Shown one piece after another: positions 25,408-39,412 of a stretch of DNA of 64,000 nt (position 1 is the stretch's first letter; every line of letters begins with the position of its first letter). The position numbers were made by a program, and so were the translations under genes. The notes under the pieces are model-generated. The model did not search any database. It was not told the DNA's origin and worked only from the letters and a program-made list of their open reading frames with translations. The DNA is from Eukaryota sp. GEM-RC1 (taxonomy: Eukaryota): positions 3,224,001 through 3,288,000 of the forward strand of contig JAUFOQ010000001.1 in NCBI GenBank assembly GCA_040285855.1, read 5' to 3'.

Positions 25408-26581
25408 ACTCACAAAGCTCGTCAAGTAATCAACAATGACGATGACTATGATCTCTTCTATCTATCTCACTACTTCAAGTGTGATGCTCTATCTTCCCAA
25501 ATCACGTCATCACTCAACTCTTCCCTCGTAGACTCCCAATACTTGTCTACCTTCATCTCAAAAGTTGGAAAACTGACGATATCGGTGGTTATTTAGATAT
25601 CAAACCTGGTGATACTCTTCATATTCCAAATATTCCTGGAGAATTTGGTTGGAGAGATGCTTCAATTTCCCTTTGGATATACTTTGAAGAAGGAGGAATT
25701 GGGTTTGATTGGAGATTGGCTTTGATAAATTAACATTTTTAAAATATTTGTTTAAATTACTAAAAGAACTGGGTAAGTAAGAGGAAAATACCTATTTTTG
25801 AGGAAACCTGGTTCATTATAACTTATAAGTATAGAAACTAAATCAAATTAGAAAAAGTTTCTGACCAATTTAAATTGATGTGGTAATTGGCTTCAGCCAT
25901 TAAAAACATTAAAATAACATAGAAGAATACTTCAATAAATCTATAAATAATTAAAAAAAGATTCTGAGTAGTGAAAATTCCTTCCTCCACTGGAGTAGAA
26001 CCATTTAATAAGATTATTGATACAAAAGGAAAAAGAATTCAGTAACATTGAAGAAATTCTCCATCAATAGTTATGAAAACTGCCTCGATGGCCCCAAATG
26101 AAACTAGTAGATAAGAACAAGTGGTAATGAGAGAAGGCAAAAAAGTAGAGAGAGATGAAGAAAAACTGAGAAGACAGGGAAAGACATTCGCATAATGAAG
26201 AAGAGATTCTAGAAGAGTCTTTCGTGTGATTGTAATACACCCACGAATGTCTCAGCCCATGAGAGATCACGTGATCATTCAAGTGAGAGAAAGAACAACT
26301 TAAGAGCAGAGTAGAAGAAAACTCGAAATAAGAGGATCGGCTTGATGATGTAAGGTTGCGCGCCGATACCAGGGCGATCACAGTCAACGAGAAGCAACGC
26401 TAGGAGGATTAGGAGGTGACATGGTTGAAAGAGTGATCATTCTGACTCGTTCTGCACTCAACTTGACTCTTCTCCTAATGCTATTCTTACTTCACTCTTA
26501 CTTCCATTAGATGTCCAGAGTTGTTCCTATGAAATCTCTTTGTTCACAGCAAGGGTAAGTCAGTCCTCTTCTTAGTTGACC
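25408..26581 (+). repeat. Dispersed repeat, copy 1
   Basis: Near-identical to the reverse complement of ~61270-62760 and similar to 33345-34520. Confidence 0.9.
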
Positions 26582-27419
26582 CAGCTATACAATGGTCACT
26601 GACTTTTGCTTTACGTTCTAATTAAATTCCAGCAGAACACTTCAATATTACTAGATCAATAGCATCGATTCGTTTATTTGATCAGCCTTTTTATTTCCGT
26701 TGTAGTTAAAGAATTACCACAGTTTTTCTTTGTTCACTTTGCTGCTGTCCAAACAGTAGTTTTTACACTGAAATGGTTGCTGTTAGCCTGGCTTTCCGGA
26801 ACAGTGCAGTTTCATCCATGAAAAAACAGAATATATATAGAACTCATCGTTTTGGTTGTACTCAGTCGAGTTACCAAAAAAAATTACAAAGTACAACATT
26901 TTGAATATGAATTATGCCCTTTTGATCTTTCAATTTTCGGACGTTTAGGAAAAAGTGTATTGAATTTTGATGTAGGTTAGGGTTAGGGTTAGGTGCTGTT
27001 TTAATGATATCAAAGTTTTGTTGGTTGATCTATTACATTTATAATAAAAGTGTCTTCTCAAAAAAAAATACTGTTACACTATTTTTCTACACATTTATGA
27101 GAAATATTGGAGGAGATGGTGAACGATTCAATCAAATTCAAGGAATGTTGAATCCTTCCAGAATTCGTGGAGGAATCAGATTTCTCAAGTAACGAGTTGG
27201 AAGAGATATTCCAACAGGAATCGTTTGTAACTTATACAGTGATTTCATAATGCTCTTCAACTAAATGAAAGAGAAGAAACACTGTTAGAATGAAAAAAAC
27301 ATTTTTTTAATTCAACGAATATCTGTAATCTATACAAAATATCTGCTATTTGTACAAAACAAATCTTTCCCGAGATTACGATGGGAACAAATATTTCCTC
27401 AATAATTTGCCAAAGAACG

Positions 27420-27960
27420 ATGTTTCAGCTAGAGTGAACAGATTCGGTTGAACCTTCCAAATGATATCTAGGAGCACATATATACTGGACCTTTTTGAAA
27501 ATCAACAGGCCATGGTTCGACGGTCTTGTCAGACACGTTCCAACCAGTAACATCACTACTAGTACGAATTTACCATAAGAAGAATCAAAGCAAATCTTGA
27601 TTATTACTATACTCAATACTCACTTCTGAGCAAACTCAACTGTTATGTAAGTAGGGATTTTATGAGTACATTGTAATCAATCAAAACTGATAGAACTCTC
27701 CTCGAAAAGGGCATCTAATATTTCCAACAGTCAGTCATCACACCTAGAATTTGTTTCAAAAAACAAAATCTCTGACTCATTTAACCACTGTGTCTCGCAG
27801 TTCTTCACTGTGTTGATCAAGGCAAAGACCCTGAATGGTACCATCCTTTGAGTAGTGGACACTAATACCTAGCAATGATTGACAGTAAATCATCCATAAA
27901 AACCAAAACTTTTTAATAGTTGAGAGACACTCCCACTTGATTCTGTACCAGTAGAATGAC
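27420..27960 (-). mobile_element. Possible decayed MULE-type transposase fragment
   Basis: ICFDSSYGKFVLVVMLLV resembles the first catalytic-Asp strand (hhhDsTy...hhhhhV). The rest is disrupted. Confidence 0.25.
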
Positions 27961-28263
27961 ATTGCGGAGGATTTTTGGTACCTGATGGGTAAAGTTTGTC
28001 TACTTTAATACATCACAAATGAAATCCTCTAAAGATTTAATCAAACTGGGCAGATGACTTCGTGATAATTGATTTAATAGACGTAATCATCGATCGGAAC
28101 AGAGAAAAATCAAAACGGCTATGCAAAGTTAATCAGTTAAACTAGTAGTTTGAGACTTAAACAACGGTGCAAACACAGTTAAAAATATGTATTTTATTAA
28201 ATTTGTAGGTATATAATAGTAATAGATACAAACATTAACCATCTTGATTTCATCAAATTTCAT

Positions 28264-29300
28264 ATGTCTTCACTTTCAAACATATGCTCAAAGCAACAAT
28301 ATAAATTGGCAGATAACGCCAAGATGAAACTCACCACATACAAACTTTCGGCTCTGTTTGGTGGAGTCTCTTCTTCTGAAACTCCTGAAACGGACGATGG
28401 TACCTCAAAACCTTCTCCTGAAAAGGATACGAGAAGTTCCCGTGCAAACTCTGCTTCTAGAAAACGCCGATCTCAAAAAGTAGCTCCTCTTGCAAAAAGA
28501 AAAGCATGTTTGGAATGAATGCGACAGGAAACACAAAATGGTGTAGTCAAAATATCATCACGAGCAATTAGAGCATTTCCTGATGTATTTTCCAGTAATG
28601 CGAACGCTGCATTGGTGAAAGCGAGCCGAATGTTTAAAGACCATGAATCACAATTGGAAAAACTCAGTAGAACCACAATGACTGTACAGCCAGTGCAGGT
28701 CAATGGTAGGAAAAAGGTACATCTGAAAGCGGTGGCAGGAAGAGTCTGAAACCCAACGACATCATTGACTTTGCAACCTACTACCTTCAATGGAGCGTAA
28801 TCGACCCTAACCACAAACCACCGGTAGGGGGCTCCATTCGGATGGTCAAGACACTTCTTCGACTTCGTTCGAGCTGATGCAATGACAGCTGACCCCTCTT
28901 ACCTCCAACGCTTCGTGAAGTTTGACATACAGTCCCAACTGTCAATGCAAAAGGAATGGGATGGTAAGAACCCTCTCTATGGTTGGCTCTTCTCAAGCGT
29001 ACTCAGTTCCCAGACGAAACTATGCCATTAAATGAGCTCAACTAGGTCCATTGCAGATCCCGAAGAGCAATGGGGTGAATTCATCTCACGTTAACACCAC
29101 GTTCTACAAAGAACCCAGGCCATCAAGCCTCAGATACATCATCAACTTCGTACTACTCTCTCGTATCAGAAGAAATCAGCTCTCAGAGAAGACCAACTTC
29201 CACAATTCGAGCAACATTAACCAGACCCAACAACTCCTGTCAAAAGAGCAATGGTTGGTTTTGCGTCTGTGACACCAGTTGGGTATCACGTATTCTAGTT
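28264..29300 (+). mobile_element. Decayed pogo/DDE_1-like DNA transposase remnant
   Basis: RAIRAFPDVFSSNANAALVKASR and KKVHLKAVAGR resemble an N-terminal block I recall from pogo-like elements. Multiple stops and frameshifts. Family assignment is from recall only. Confidence 0.35.
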
Positions 29301-31020
29301 CATAGTATTACCAATAAACGTATTCCTAACTCTAATGTGTAAAGGCGAACAGTACACTGTCTTAGCACTTACTATGATCCAGTTCTTGGACTTCTCAGTG
29401 AAGCACCTTCTGACGAACATTTATTGAAGTCAATCTATTGTCTGTGATCAATGTCTACCATTCCTAAGCCAAAGAAGCTGATGAGGAACTATTGAAGTAT
29501 CTAAAACTCGCCACACAGATCGAAACTGTCAGAGAAACCAGTTTCCCCAACTGATGTTCTCTATTTATATTTCCTGGGAGACCTCTAGTTAAAAAAGTTA
29601 TAGCCTCACCGATAAAATATATCAAATTGTCCGATATTCCTTCAACTCATACACCTTCTGTTTCACATATCACGTCTGTTCAACTCACTTCAATTCATCG
29701 CCCTACTTGCTCGTCAAAATTGTCTTATCTTCTGATTTAGCTCCCAAGAACAGAATCTATAGGACTTAATAGCTCCAAGATTATCGTTGTATTTGTGTAG
29801 ATCATTCAATTATATTTGGTCAGAGTTTCAGACATTTTGTCTTCAAACTAATTGATACAAATACTTCGAGAGGATGTATCTTTTCCTACGGAAATCTAGA
29901 TCAAAATTTCATATGTAAATATATATAAGAAGTGACATCACATATTGATAAGAAAATTTACTTTCATTATCAGACAATATGATAGCAAACTAATAATGAT
30001 CAGTATACATCTCCAATGGAAAAACAACCTCTTTGTCTAATTGCGAAGATAGATCGACTACCACAAGGATTTAAATAATTACTCTAGTGAAAATACAGAT
30101 TACTGGGGTAAAACTCATACTTAGGAAATTACACCAATCGGCTTAATTAGTCTGAACTGAAAATATTCTGGCCCAGGCTGATTTAATCGAAACGTGTCGA
30201 TTAGAAGAGAACAAAAATGGACTTTAGAAGAGAGTCGAAACTTCCAATAAAGGATTGATTGATAGTTACAAATGATGGTAGGTATTTGATTGACTCGACA
30301 CACTCAGTAACAGTAAACATATATTTTAACCGCTATTAGGTGTACCACTTCACAAGACAGGTGAAGACTTCTACTAGTGATAAACGTGTAAACGATTCAA
30401 ACCCTTAGGTTAATTTGGTAAAGTATCAGCACTAATCTAGCAGATTATCATCCTAGAACTGAGTTTACAAGTCATCATTGACAAACAAGAGGTTTTCAAC
30501 AATCGATGGGGTGATCGAATATCAATTTGTCCCTATCAATTTCTTGATTTTCCACTCCCTAAACTCGTCAATTGGCGATTTAAAAGAATGCCACGTGGCA
30601 TCCAACAGACACAACACGTGGTACACTCGATTTGTACATTACATGCAACGAGGAAGTGAACATCACGTCATCAAGTCACGTCATCAGATGTTAGCAAATG
30701 AGGGAAGAATATAGATAGATAAGTTCAATTAGACAGCGAGAGTCTCGATCAGAAAGTAGCAAAGAAAGTAAGATGTTTCCTCTTCCTAGGAACCCCCCTG
30801 ACAACAGTTTGAGTTTGAGGTAGTTTAGTTTCTTGAGTGGGTGTTAACCTTCAATGACGCAGGTTTGGAGACTGAGACTATGAGGTGAAAGAAATTCTGC
30901 TACATGTAGTGGTAATCCCTACTTCATTACTCTCTCTGAGAGTATTTCCAGCGGTAGGCGGTTAAGTTCCAGCGAGAGGTTCAAAATTTCGAGAACCAGA
31001 ATCAAACCAAACCAAACCAG

Positions 31021-32083
31021 ATGGCACTTCTGATATGTCCCAGTTCTTTCCCTCTTCCACGGAACTATTTCAACAACTACACACTTCTAATGTAATTCTC
31101 CTTGAATGATCTAATGTTATTCGTCGACTCGCTGAAAACTGGTTATCCAGACATAGAACTCTAATTCATGAATGTTTTCCACTTAAACTCTCTGAACTCG
31201 CTCCAATTTCATCAAAGTCTGACTCAAATCACGCAAATCATTGGGCTATTTCCTCTGGTGTGTTTTCTCTACTACAACAACGTAACTATAAATGGACTAA
31301 AAACCGCTTGAAAAAACTCCAGACCCTTGTACAGTACCAACTCCATCTTACATACTCTCTTTTTGCTTTAACAACAAAGTACCACACACTCCCCAGTTCG
31401 ATGTCTATCTTTTTAGACTCAATTGACTGGGATGAAATAACGACTGCTATTTGCCCTATCTACATGTCTGCTGATGTTGTTCGCTCTGTCTATCTCCATC
31501 ACTTTTCTTCCTTTTCTAATAGTCCAATGTCTCCAAGTGATCTCTCCCTCCTCCAATCTCTTGTCCCTCCCCGGGTTCTCCTCCTCAAGTACTAGATTGG
31601 TCAGTCATAACCCAACAATACAACCTCCAAACTTCTCAATCATTCCCAATCTCTCCCTCCCGTTCTACTTCCTCTCTCTTCTTTCACTACATGAAGAAGA
31701 TCGTAATCCCATCATACTCCTTTAACTACCCTTTAGCTCTCTCTTATCTTGAACACAATCCCAATGCTCTGCGTGCTGCTTGTGCTGTAGGTGGGATACC
31801 AGAACCCTCGATGAAGACACTTCAAGAGAGATATCTAAGGAAAGTTAGGAAGGCTATTAGAGTTGGTGGTTGGACTCAGACTGATGATTTGAAGTTGATA
31901 TTGGCTATGGGAATGTATAAAAATTTTCATCAGAAGGATCACTGCTTACGTGTCATGATGTGTTCTCAAGCTGTACATGTGAAAACACCAGTGTATAGGT
32001 TGGTTGCTCAACATTTTACTGGGAAAGATAAGGGAGCTATTGTGAACAGAGCTCGACAATTGAAGGGAAGGAGAAAAGCTTAG
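31021..32083 (+). CDS. Myb/SANT-repeat protein (frameshifted)
   Basis: YKWTKNRLKKL, IDWDEI, GGWTQTDDLKLILAM and YRLVAQHFTGKDKGAIVNRARQL resemble Myb repeats. Confidence 0.55.
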
Positions 32084-32599
32084 TTTCATGCTGGATATAT
32101 TGAATTTTGTGTAATTTATTTAACTTTCAGATGACGTGAGCATGTTGAACCCCCTGATAGACTTTCATTGACCAATTGAATAGGAATTGATAAAGGCAAT
32201 CCTCATCAAATAAGGGAAGCAGACTAGTATAAATTTTATTGATATTTTGGTCAGATACAAAGATTGTTTCAAATATTTGACTCAAAGTATGATAATTCTC
32301 TTCAAAAACTTCATTGGTGATTGGTATGAAGAAAAAGTGTTTATTGACACTAGTATTATTTTGTTTTAGTCACTGTTTTGACTAATTCTTTAGTTTTGGT
32401 GATTCAAACTTGTATTCAGAACTGAAAGTCAATATGAGTTTTTACTATAGATCTACTACTGTTCAATGATGTTTTATTGTTTTCGTCCATTTTACTTCTA
32501 AGTTAGATTCTGTTTATAAACTCGATGTACCTAAACTTTATTTAAAGATAGACATGACATTGGAATAATCTATTGGATTTAACATTTTAAAAAGCAGTG

Positions 32600-33131
32600 G
32601 AAGGTTACTACAAATATACACATTTAGACTGGTGACTTGGTGATTGATGGCAATCAGTACTGAAGGGTTTAAAACACTTGTCCAACACAGCACTTCTACT
32701 CAATCACAGTTGTGGTTTATCAAATCTTTGGTCGAATCAATTTTGAATCAGTCTTTAGATGTAAAGGATTTTTTAAATATATTCAATTCTTGTCCAATGC
32801 AAGTTATGTCTTTACATCAATGGAATGAATGTCTGTTTGTTTCTTTAACAGATGTTAAAGAATTGGAATACGTTTCGTCGATGTTTTTGTGTAAAAAAGT
32901 TCAAGATCATTGTGGCGTCTCGTTAGTTAAGGAAAATTCTAATTTACTTATATATATTGCTAAACTAAAAAGTGAAATTGAAGAATTAACATAGAGTACT
33001 ACATAAACTCCTTTATTGGCTCAATCAAAAGTGATTAGATTCTCTCAAACTAAAAGACATCCTCAGATACAAGTTAGTGATGATAAAGAGAGCGTTGTTG
33101 TTGGAAATTGTGCTGATCGTGTCGCATTGCT
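32600..33131 (+). pseudogene. Fragment of a BTB-family-like gene, truncated by dispersed repeat copy 2
   Basis: QLWFIKSLVES resembles QVIWLLxCLLKS of the BTB paralogs. A coiled coil and RFSQTKRHPQIQVSDD follow, ending at the repeat boundary. Confidence 0.35.
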
Positions 33132-34737
33132 AAATCCAAGGTAATTCCTTGCCCTCCCTCCACTGCGAGTGTTCCTCGTAGAAGTGTAACACCCCGTTCT
33201 TTGTTCTCTCTGTGTCGTATGACAACTCCTACTTCATTAAAACGTTAAATACAATAAACAAATTTCAATAATAAAGCAAATCTTCGCTCTGGAAACAAGA
33301 ATTTAGGACATCTCAATAAGACTAATTTCATTCAAATCACTGAAAAAGCTCGTCAAGTAATCAACAATGACGATGACCTCTTCTATCTATCTCACTACTT
33401 CAAGTGTGATGGTCTATCTTCCCAAATCACGTCATCACTCAACTCTTCCCTCGTAGACTCCCAATACTTGTCTACCTTCATCTCAAAAGTTGCAAAACTG
33501 ACGATATCGGTGGTTATTTAGATATCAAACCTGGTGATACTCTTCATATTCCAAATATTCCTGGAGGATTTGGTTGGAGAGATGCTTCAATTTCCCTTTG
33601 GATATACTTTGAAGAAGGAGGAATTGGGTTTGATTGGAGATTGGCTTTGATGAATTAACATTTGTAAAATATTAGTTTCAATTACTAAAAGAACTGGGTA
33701 AGTAAGAGGAAAATACCTATTTTTGAGGAAGCCTCGTTCATTATAACTTATAAGTCGAGAAACTAAATCAAATTAGAACAAGTTTCTGACCAATTTAAAT
33801 TGATGTGGTAATTGGCTTCAGCCATTATTATTATTATTATTATTATTGAAATAACATAGAAGAATACTTCAATCAATCAATAAATAATTAAAAAAAGATT
33901 CTGAGTAGTGAAAATTCCTTCCTCCACTGGAGTAGAACCATTTAATAAGACTACTGATACAAAAGAAAAAAGAATTCTGTAACATAGAGAAATTGTCCAT
34001 CAATAGTTATGACAACTTTCCTCGATGACCTCAAATGACACTAGTAGATAAGAACAAGTGGTAATAAGAGAAGACAAAGTAACAAGTAGAAAGAGATAAA
34101 GAAGAACTGAGAAGACAGGGAAAGGCATTCCGCACAATGAAGAAGAGAATCTGAAAGAGTCTTTCGTGTGATTGTAATACACTCACGAATTTCTCAGCCC
34201 ATGAGAGATCACGTGATCATTTAAGTGAGAGGAGAAGAACTTAAGAGCGAAGTAGAAGAAAACTCGAAGGAAGAGGATCGGCTTGATGACGTAAGGTTGC
34301 GCGCCGATACCAGGGCGATCCCAGTCCACGAGAAGCAACGCTAGGAGGATTAGGAGGTGACATGAGGTAGAAGACTGATCATTCTAACTTGTTCTGCACC
34401 CAGACCAATTTCACTTCTCCTAATGCTACTCTTCCTTCACTCTTGCTTCCATTAGACAGAGTTGTTCCTATGTTGTGTCTCTATTCACAGCAAGGGTAAG
34501 TCACTCCGCTACTTAGTTGACCATGTTCCTAGTTTATTGACAACAACAATCGAACTAATGTCGATACATCATTCTGTTTCTATTTCTCTATCAAAATGAA
34601 ACCTTTTTTTGGATGGAAAGTTTTGATACGTAAACTTGTACATTATACTTTCACCAACCTAATACAACCGATTTTTATCTCGCATAGTCTTTGATGTCCA
34701 GTGCCTATCCACTTCTTGAATGAAGACGTGGTTTGTC
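33132..34737 (+). repeat. Dispersed repeat, copy 2 (more diverged; ATT microsatellite expansion at ~33824-33847)
   Basis: Collinear with copy 1 and with the reverse complement of 61068-62968. Confidence 0.9.
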
Positions 34738-35257
34738 TACTTACATGTGGGTTATATAATTTTGTTGAAAATGTGGATGTAGTGGTATCTCATTTTTTAA
34801 TATAGATGGTTTGTTCTTATTTTCAGTCAAATGAGCTTAAGCGGTGTTGGTGTATCATTATATCATTCTGTTCAAAATTTCTTGTCACAAACGGAATATT
34901 AAATTTTGGTGTTTCATGTTTATCTTTTCGAGAGGATAAGGACTCCACACATGAATAAAACTGGGTAATCGTAAATTACTACAGATCTAATAGAATCTTT
35001 GTTCTAAGAATATCAACTCTCAAAAAGGCCAGAAAATACAATTCTGTACATTAACTGCAAATCAAATCCAAGAAGTATTGATAGAAGCCAAGGATCAGGT
35101 GTCGCACCAAAATCAAAGGTACATATAGTTTCTAGTTGAAGGAGGCAATGACTCACTAAAGTATGATCATATCTCTTATGTAGTGTGGCGCAAACGAACA
35201 ATGTGTGAGGAGAAGCATGAGTTTTCGATCAGCTTGTCTCTACAAAAACCACTATAG

Positions 35258-37099
35258 ATGACTTCTACCCAAATCTCCCCTACTTCTCTCTGCATCAAGC
35301 TCTTGGAAACTTCCCTGAAACATGATTTCGTTTCCAGCTTTAAAGATCTTCAAATCCCATGCCATTCCGTCGTCCTCGTTCAGTTCTCTGAATTTTTTCA
35401 TAATCTGTTTACTCTTAACTTTTCCGATGACCAGGAAACCCAAGATTTCTCTTCCCTCAATGTCTCCGCCTCTTCCTTTCGCTCCTTCTTCTCCTATCTC
35501 TACGCTCAGCCAGTAGAGATCGCGCTTGACAATCTTTATGAGTTCTACGTGCTTTCTAGATACTTTATGGTTGAAGATCTCAAGACTACTTGTCTTGAAT
35601 TGCTAACTTCCTTTTCTAACTCTACTGATTCTTTACTTTTTCTTGTCAAACAAGCAAGTCATTGCCATGACCAAGAATTCTTAAATCACTTGTTACCGTT
35701 TTTCAATTCTGATTTCGAAACCATGTCCGAAAGTTTTCATCTTTGTTTTGAATATTTGTTGCTCTTTGGTAAAGAGTTTGAATTTAAAAATCAAGTTATT
35801 TGGTTGTTGAGTTGCTTACTGAAATCTATTTACAATCAACAAATTGATGATGAACAGTTCCATTCATTTTTAGATATTTTAAAAGTTGAGAATCTGACTG
35901 GTCATGAATTATTTCAATATCTTATTCAACATGTCATTGATAATTCAATTTTTGAGGCTTCATTTGTCAAATTTTCGTTGGATTATTTTTCCAATAATTT
36001 CAACATTTCAAATATTCCATTGAACTGGGTTCTGAAAGTGTTAGTCATACTAAATCGTGAAAATTCTTCTGAAGTATTTGAAATTATTCCACTTGTTTCA
36101 CAGTTTCAAGATTTTTCTCATCAACAACTTCTTTCTCTGAATCCAAAAGTATTGCTTGAAATGGTTAGTAAATCTTCGAATAGTAGAGACTTTTCAATAT
36201 TTTGCCTCCAAAATCTGATTAAATCCTGGTCATCTGGAAAAGGAAGTTCTTGGCAATCAAATGACGTCAAAGATTGTCTTGAGTCAATCAATTTGTCGTT
36301 ATTAACTGGGTCAGAAATCCAATCGTTGATTCTTACTCCTTTAGGAGATGATGACGAGTTGGTTTTAATTATTTCAAAAATTACGAATAAGGTCATTGTT
36401 CCTGGTTTAGTTGATAGTTTTGAACTTCAAAAGGAAGAGTTGAAAAAGGAACTGGAAAATTTAAAGAATGAGAATGAGTTGTTATTGTCCAAAAACAATG
36501 AATTAGAGGCAGAAAATCTTGTTCTATGCAATCAATTTGAGTAGTTTAAACAGAAGGCAGAAGAGAATGAAAGAAACAGAATTGAAGCTCTCAACAAGGC
36601 AAAATCAGAGGAAAATGAAAGAATAATAATTGAACTGAGTAAGAATTTATTCAACAGTAACGTTTGTGGTTCTTTGCTTTCCTTATCAAATAACAATACA
36701 GTTGTTAAAAAGAATGGTTACAATGGTGATGCCAATAGTTTTGTAGAAGTTAATAATTCAGACAATTGTTCTGTTAAATTTACAAGGTTAGATAATTGTA
36801 CGTGTGGTAATACTGAGTATATTGGTTGGAAAGATAGAGGTAGTCTTCAGCGTAGTTCTGAACCGAGTCCTCGTATTTGTCCCAGAGGTAACTACAGTGG
36901 AGGATCTTTCTCCCCTTCAAATCCAAGATTCCCTAAAATTACCAGAGGAGAATCAATTACTGTTAGTTTTTCTAATGGTAAAGCCCACTTCAAACCTTCT
37001 ACTTGTACAACTACTTTTAGTATTGATATTCCTAGTAATTTGGTTTTTGGAATGGAAGTTTTTGGTCAAAATCATGAATGGAAAGCGGAACGTGTTTGA
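35258..37099 (+). pseudogene. BTB - helical region - coiled coil - SPRY-like protein with an in-frame TAG at 36542
   Basis: Starts MTSTQISP, with KHDF..FKDLQIPCHS..YFMVEDLK. GAG TAG TTT here versus GAG TCG TTT in the 45091 paralog; the frame resumes to HEWKAERV*. Confidence 0.85.
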
Positions 37100-37334
37100 T
37101 TGATGTGATTTGATTGTTTTGTTTCTTACGAAATGGAGTTGTACTGTACTTGTTTTTAATCCTCATTGACTCTGCTTGTCTGTTTCTTTGAAATTGGAGA
37201 ATTTTCAACTATAGAAACAATTTCATCTGTGCCGTTAAAAACCATTGGTGACTCATCAAAATAAACCTTAAAGTCTTTTACCACTAACTTACTCTAGACC
37301 AAACCCCAATCTTTACTCTTCAATTGTTGCTTAG

Positions 37335-38100
37335 TTGCTTCAGGTGCTGGTCAATAATGGCGTTTTTTGGTTTTCAGCAAGCAACGCTTCTGAAATTTCA
37401 TCTATAAAGTCTTTTTTGGAGCGTTTTATAATGAAAGAACTGACTCTTAAAAGATGTCTTTTTGCGACAGAATCCACCAATAATTTGCTTGTTTTAATCG
37501 CTACCGGTTCATATTTGACATCTGTAGACTTCAGTGAATGTCAGCTATCAAGTTTAAGTTGTTTTTGGTCACATCCTGATAATGAACGTTCTTTGATCCG
37601 TGACTGCTTAACTGCTGCCAATCGAAAAGTCAATAATGTGATTCCAGAATTGATTGGTACACTCCAATTAAATTCAAACATAATCAGTGTTAACGATAGC
37701 CACAATTCTATTAGTATAAATGTTCTCGTATCTATTCTGGAACAAATTGATATTGACAAATTAGCACAAAATATTAAAATTTTGTTCACATCATTGTTGT
37801 TGTTCTTTCTGCCATTCATTATAAAAATGAGGGTGACTCTGTTGTTTTATCTTCATTGTAAAATAATTCAAATTTTGATACTCCTGCTAGAAGAAATGAA
37901 TTACTCCATTGAATTGCAACAACTTGTTTAAAATATGATCTTGAAGGTACTCATCAACTTTGAAAGTCAGTTTCGGCTGACCGGTATCACAATCATAGAG
38001 TGAACAAGAACTTGTCTCAGGACATACTCAACTTTTTAATGTAAAGGACTGACTCAACGAGTAGCAATGATTTAGCTAAATTTTTCAAGGATGGAAAAAT
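37335..38100 (+). pseudogene. Leucine-rich-repeat gene fragment
   Basis: MKELTLKRCLF, YLTSVDFSECQL and IISVNDSHNSI are LRR-like. No clear start; stops downstream. Confidence 0.5.
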
Positions 38101-38569
38101 CTAAATCCATTGTACATATATTTGAAAACACTGAATCAATTTGAGTACACAAAACATAAATGAGAACAGAACAACTATTGTCATCGATGATTTAAAAATT
38201 AATTCGAAAACTACTCCCGAGAGCAACTTGTCTCCATTTAGCAAATTTGTTTGGGTTAATTGAAGCTGAACAATATGTTTGATCATATTCTACAATAGAT
38301 ATTCTACAAAATGATTCTTACTCTTAATCATTCTTGACGAGTACACACGGCTAAAATACATTCATTAACATGACAATTCTCTCCGTCTAAAAGGTAGTAG
38401 CACTCATCAAGTCTACATTTACTAAGGTAACTCAATGACTGAGACACTAGAGGCAACGTGATCAAGTTTGTATGGAAACTGAAGAAATGTTTTTCAGTGT
38501 CCATTAAACAAACTCCAGCTTTTAACATTAAATGACGATGAGAGATCGCACAGTAACTGTAAAGGCTAG

Positions 38570-39412
38570 TGATTTTTTACTTTTTCTAGTTAAACAAGCA
38601 AGTCAATGCCACGATCAAAAAGTCTTAAAGCACTTGTTACAGTTTTTCGATTCTGCTTTTGAAACCATACCTGAAAGTTTTCCTCTATGTTTTGAATATT
38701 TGTTGCTTTTTGGTGAAGAATTTGGATTTAAAAATCAAGTTATTTGGTTACTGAATTGTTTACTAAAATCTATTAATAGTCAACAAATTGATGATGAACA
38801 GTTCGATGCATTTTTAAATATCTTGAATTTTGAGACTGTTTCCGGTCATGAAATATTTCAATATCTGATTCAACCCTTTTAATAATTCAATTTATGAGGC
38901 TTCAATTGTCCAATTTTCACTCAATTATTTTCCCAAAAATTTCTGTATTTCAAATAATCCATTAATCTGGGTCCTAAGAACCTTAGAAACACTGAATTGC
39001 CAAACATTTTCTGAAGTATTTGATCTTATTCCACTTGTTTCACAGTTTCAAGATTTCTCTCATCAACCAATGTTTTCTCTGAATCCAAAAGTATTGCTTA
39101 AAATGGTTAGAAAATCTTCCAATAACAGAGACTATTTAACATTTTGCCTCCAAAATCTGCTTGAATCCTGGTCATCTGAGAAAAAGAAGTTGTTGGCAAT
39201 CAAATGATGTCAAGGATTGTCTTGAGTCAGTCAATTTGTCATTTTTAACCGGGTTAGATATACAATCGTTGATTGTTACTCCTTTCGGGAATGATGACCA
39301 ACTAGTGCCTGTTATTTCCAAAATCACACTTAATGTCATCGTTCCTGGTTTAGTTAATAGTTTTGAAATTGAAAAGAAGAGTGGAAAACTGAAAAGGCAC
39401 AATTACTTTTAA
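38570..39412 (+). pseudogene. Internal fragment of the BTB family gene
   Basis: FLVKQASQCHDQ...QVIWLLNCLLKS...WQSNDVKDCLES matches the paralogs. It lacks the BTB and C-terminal domains and contains stops. Confidence 0.85.

Noticed and set aside
30740..30990. GC-richer stretch with small hairpin TACTCTC-TCT-GAGAGTA as an ncRNA
   Set aside because: No recognisable snRNA, RNase P/MRP or snoRNA motifs. One short stem is insufficient.
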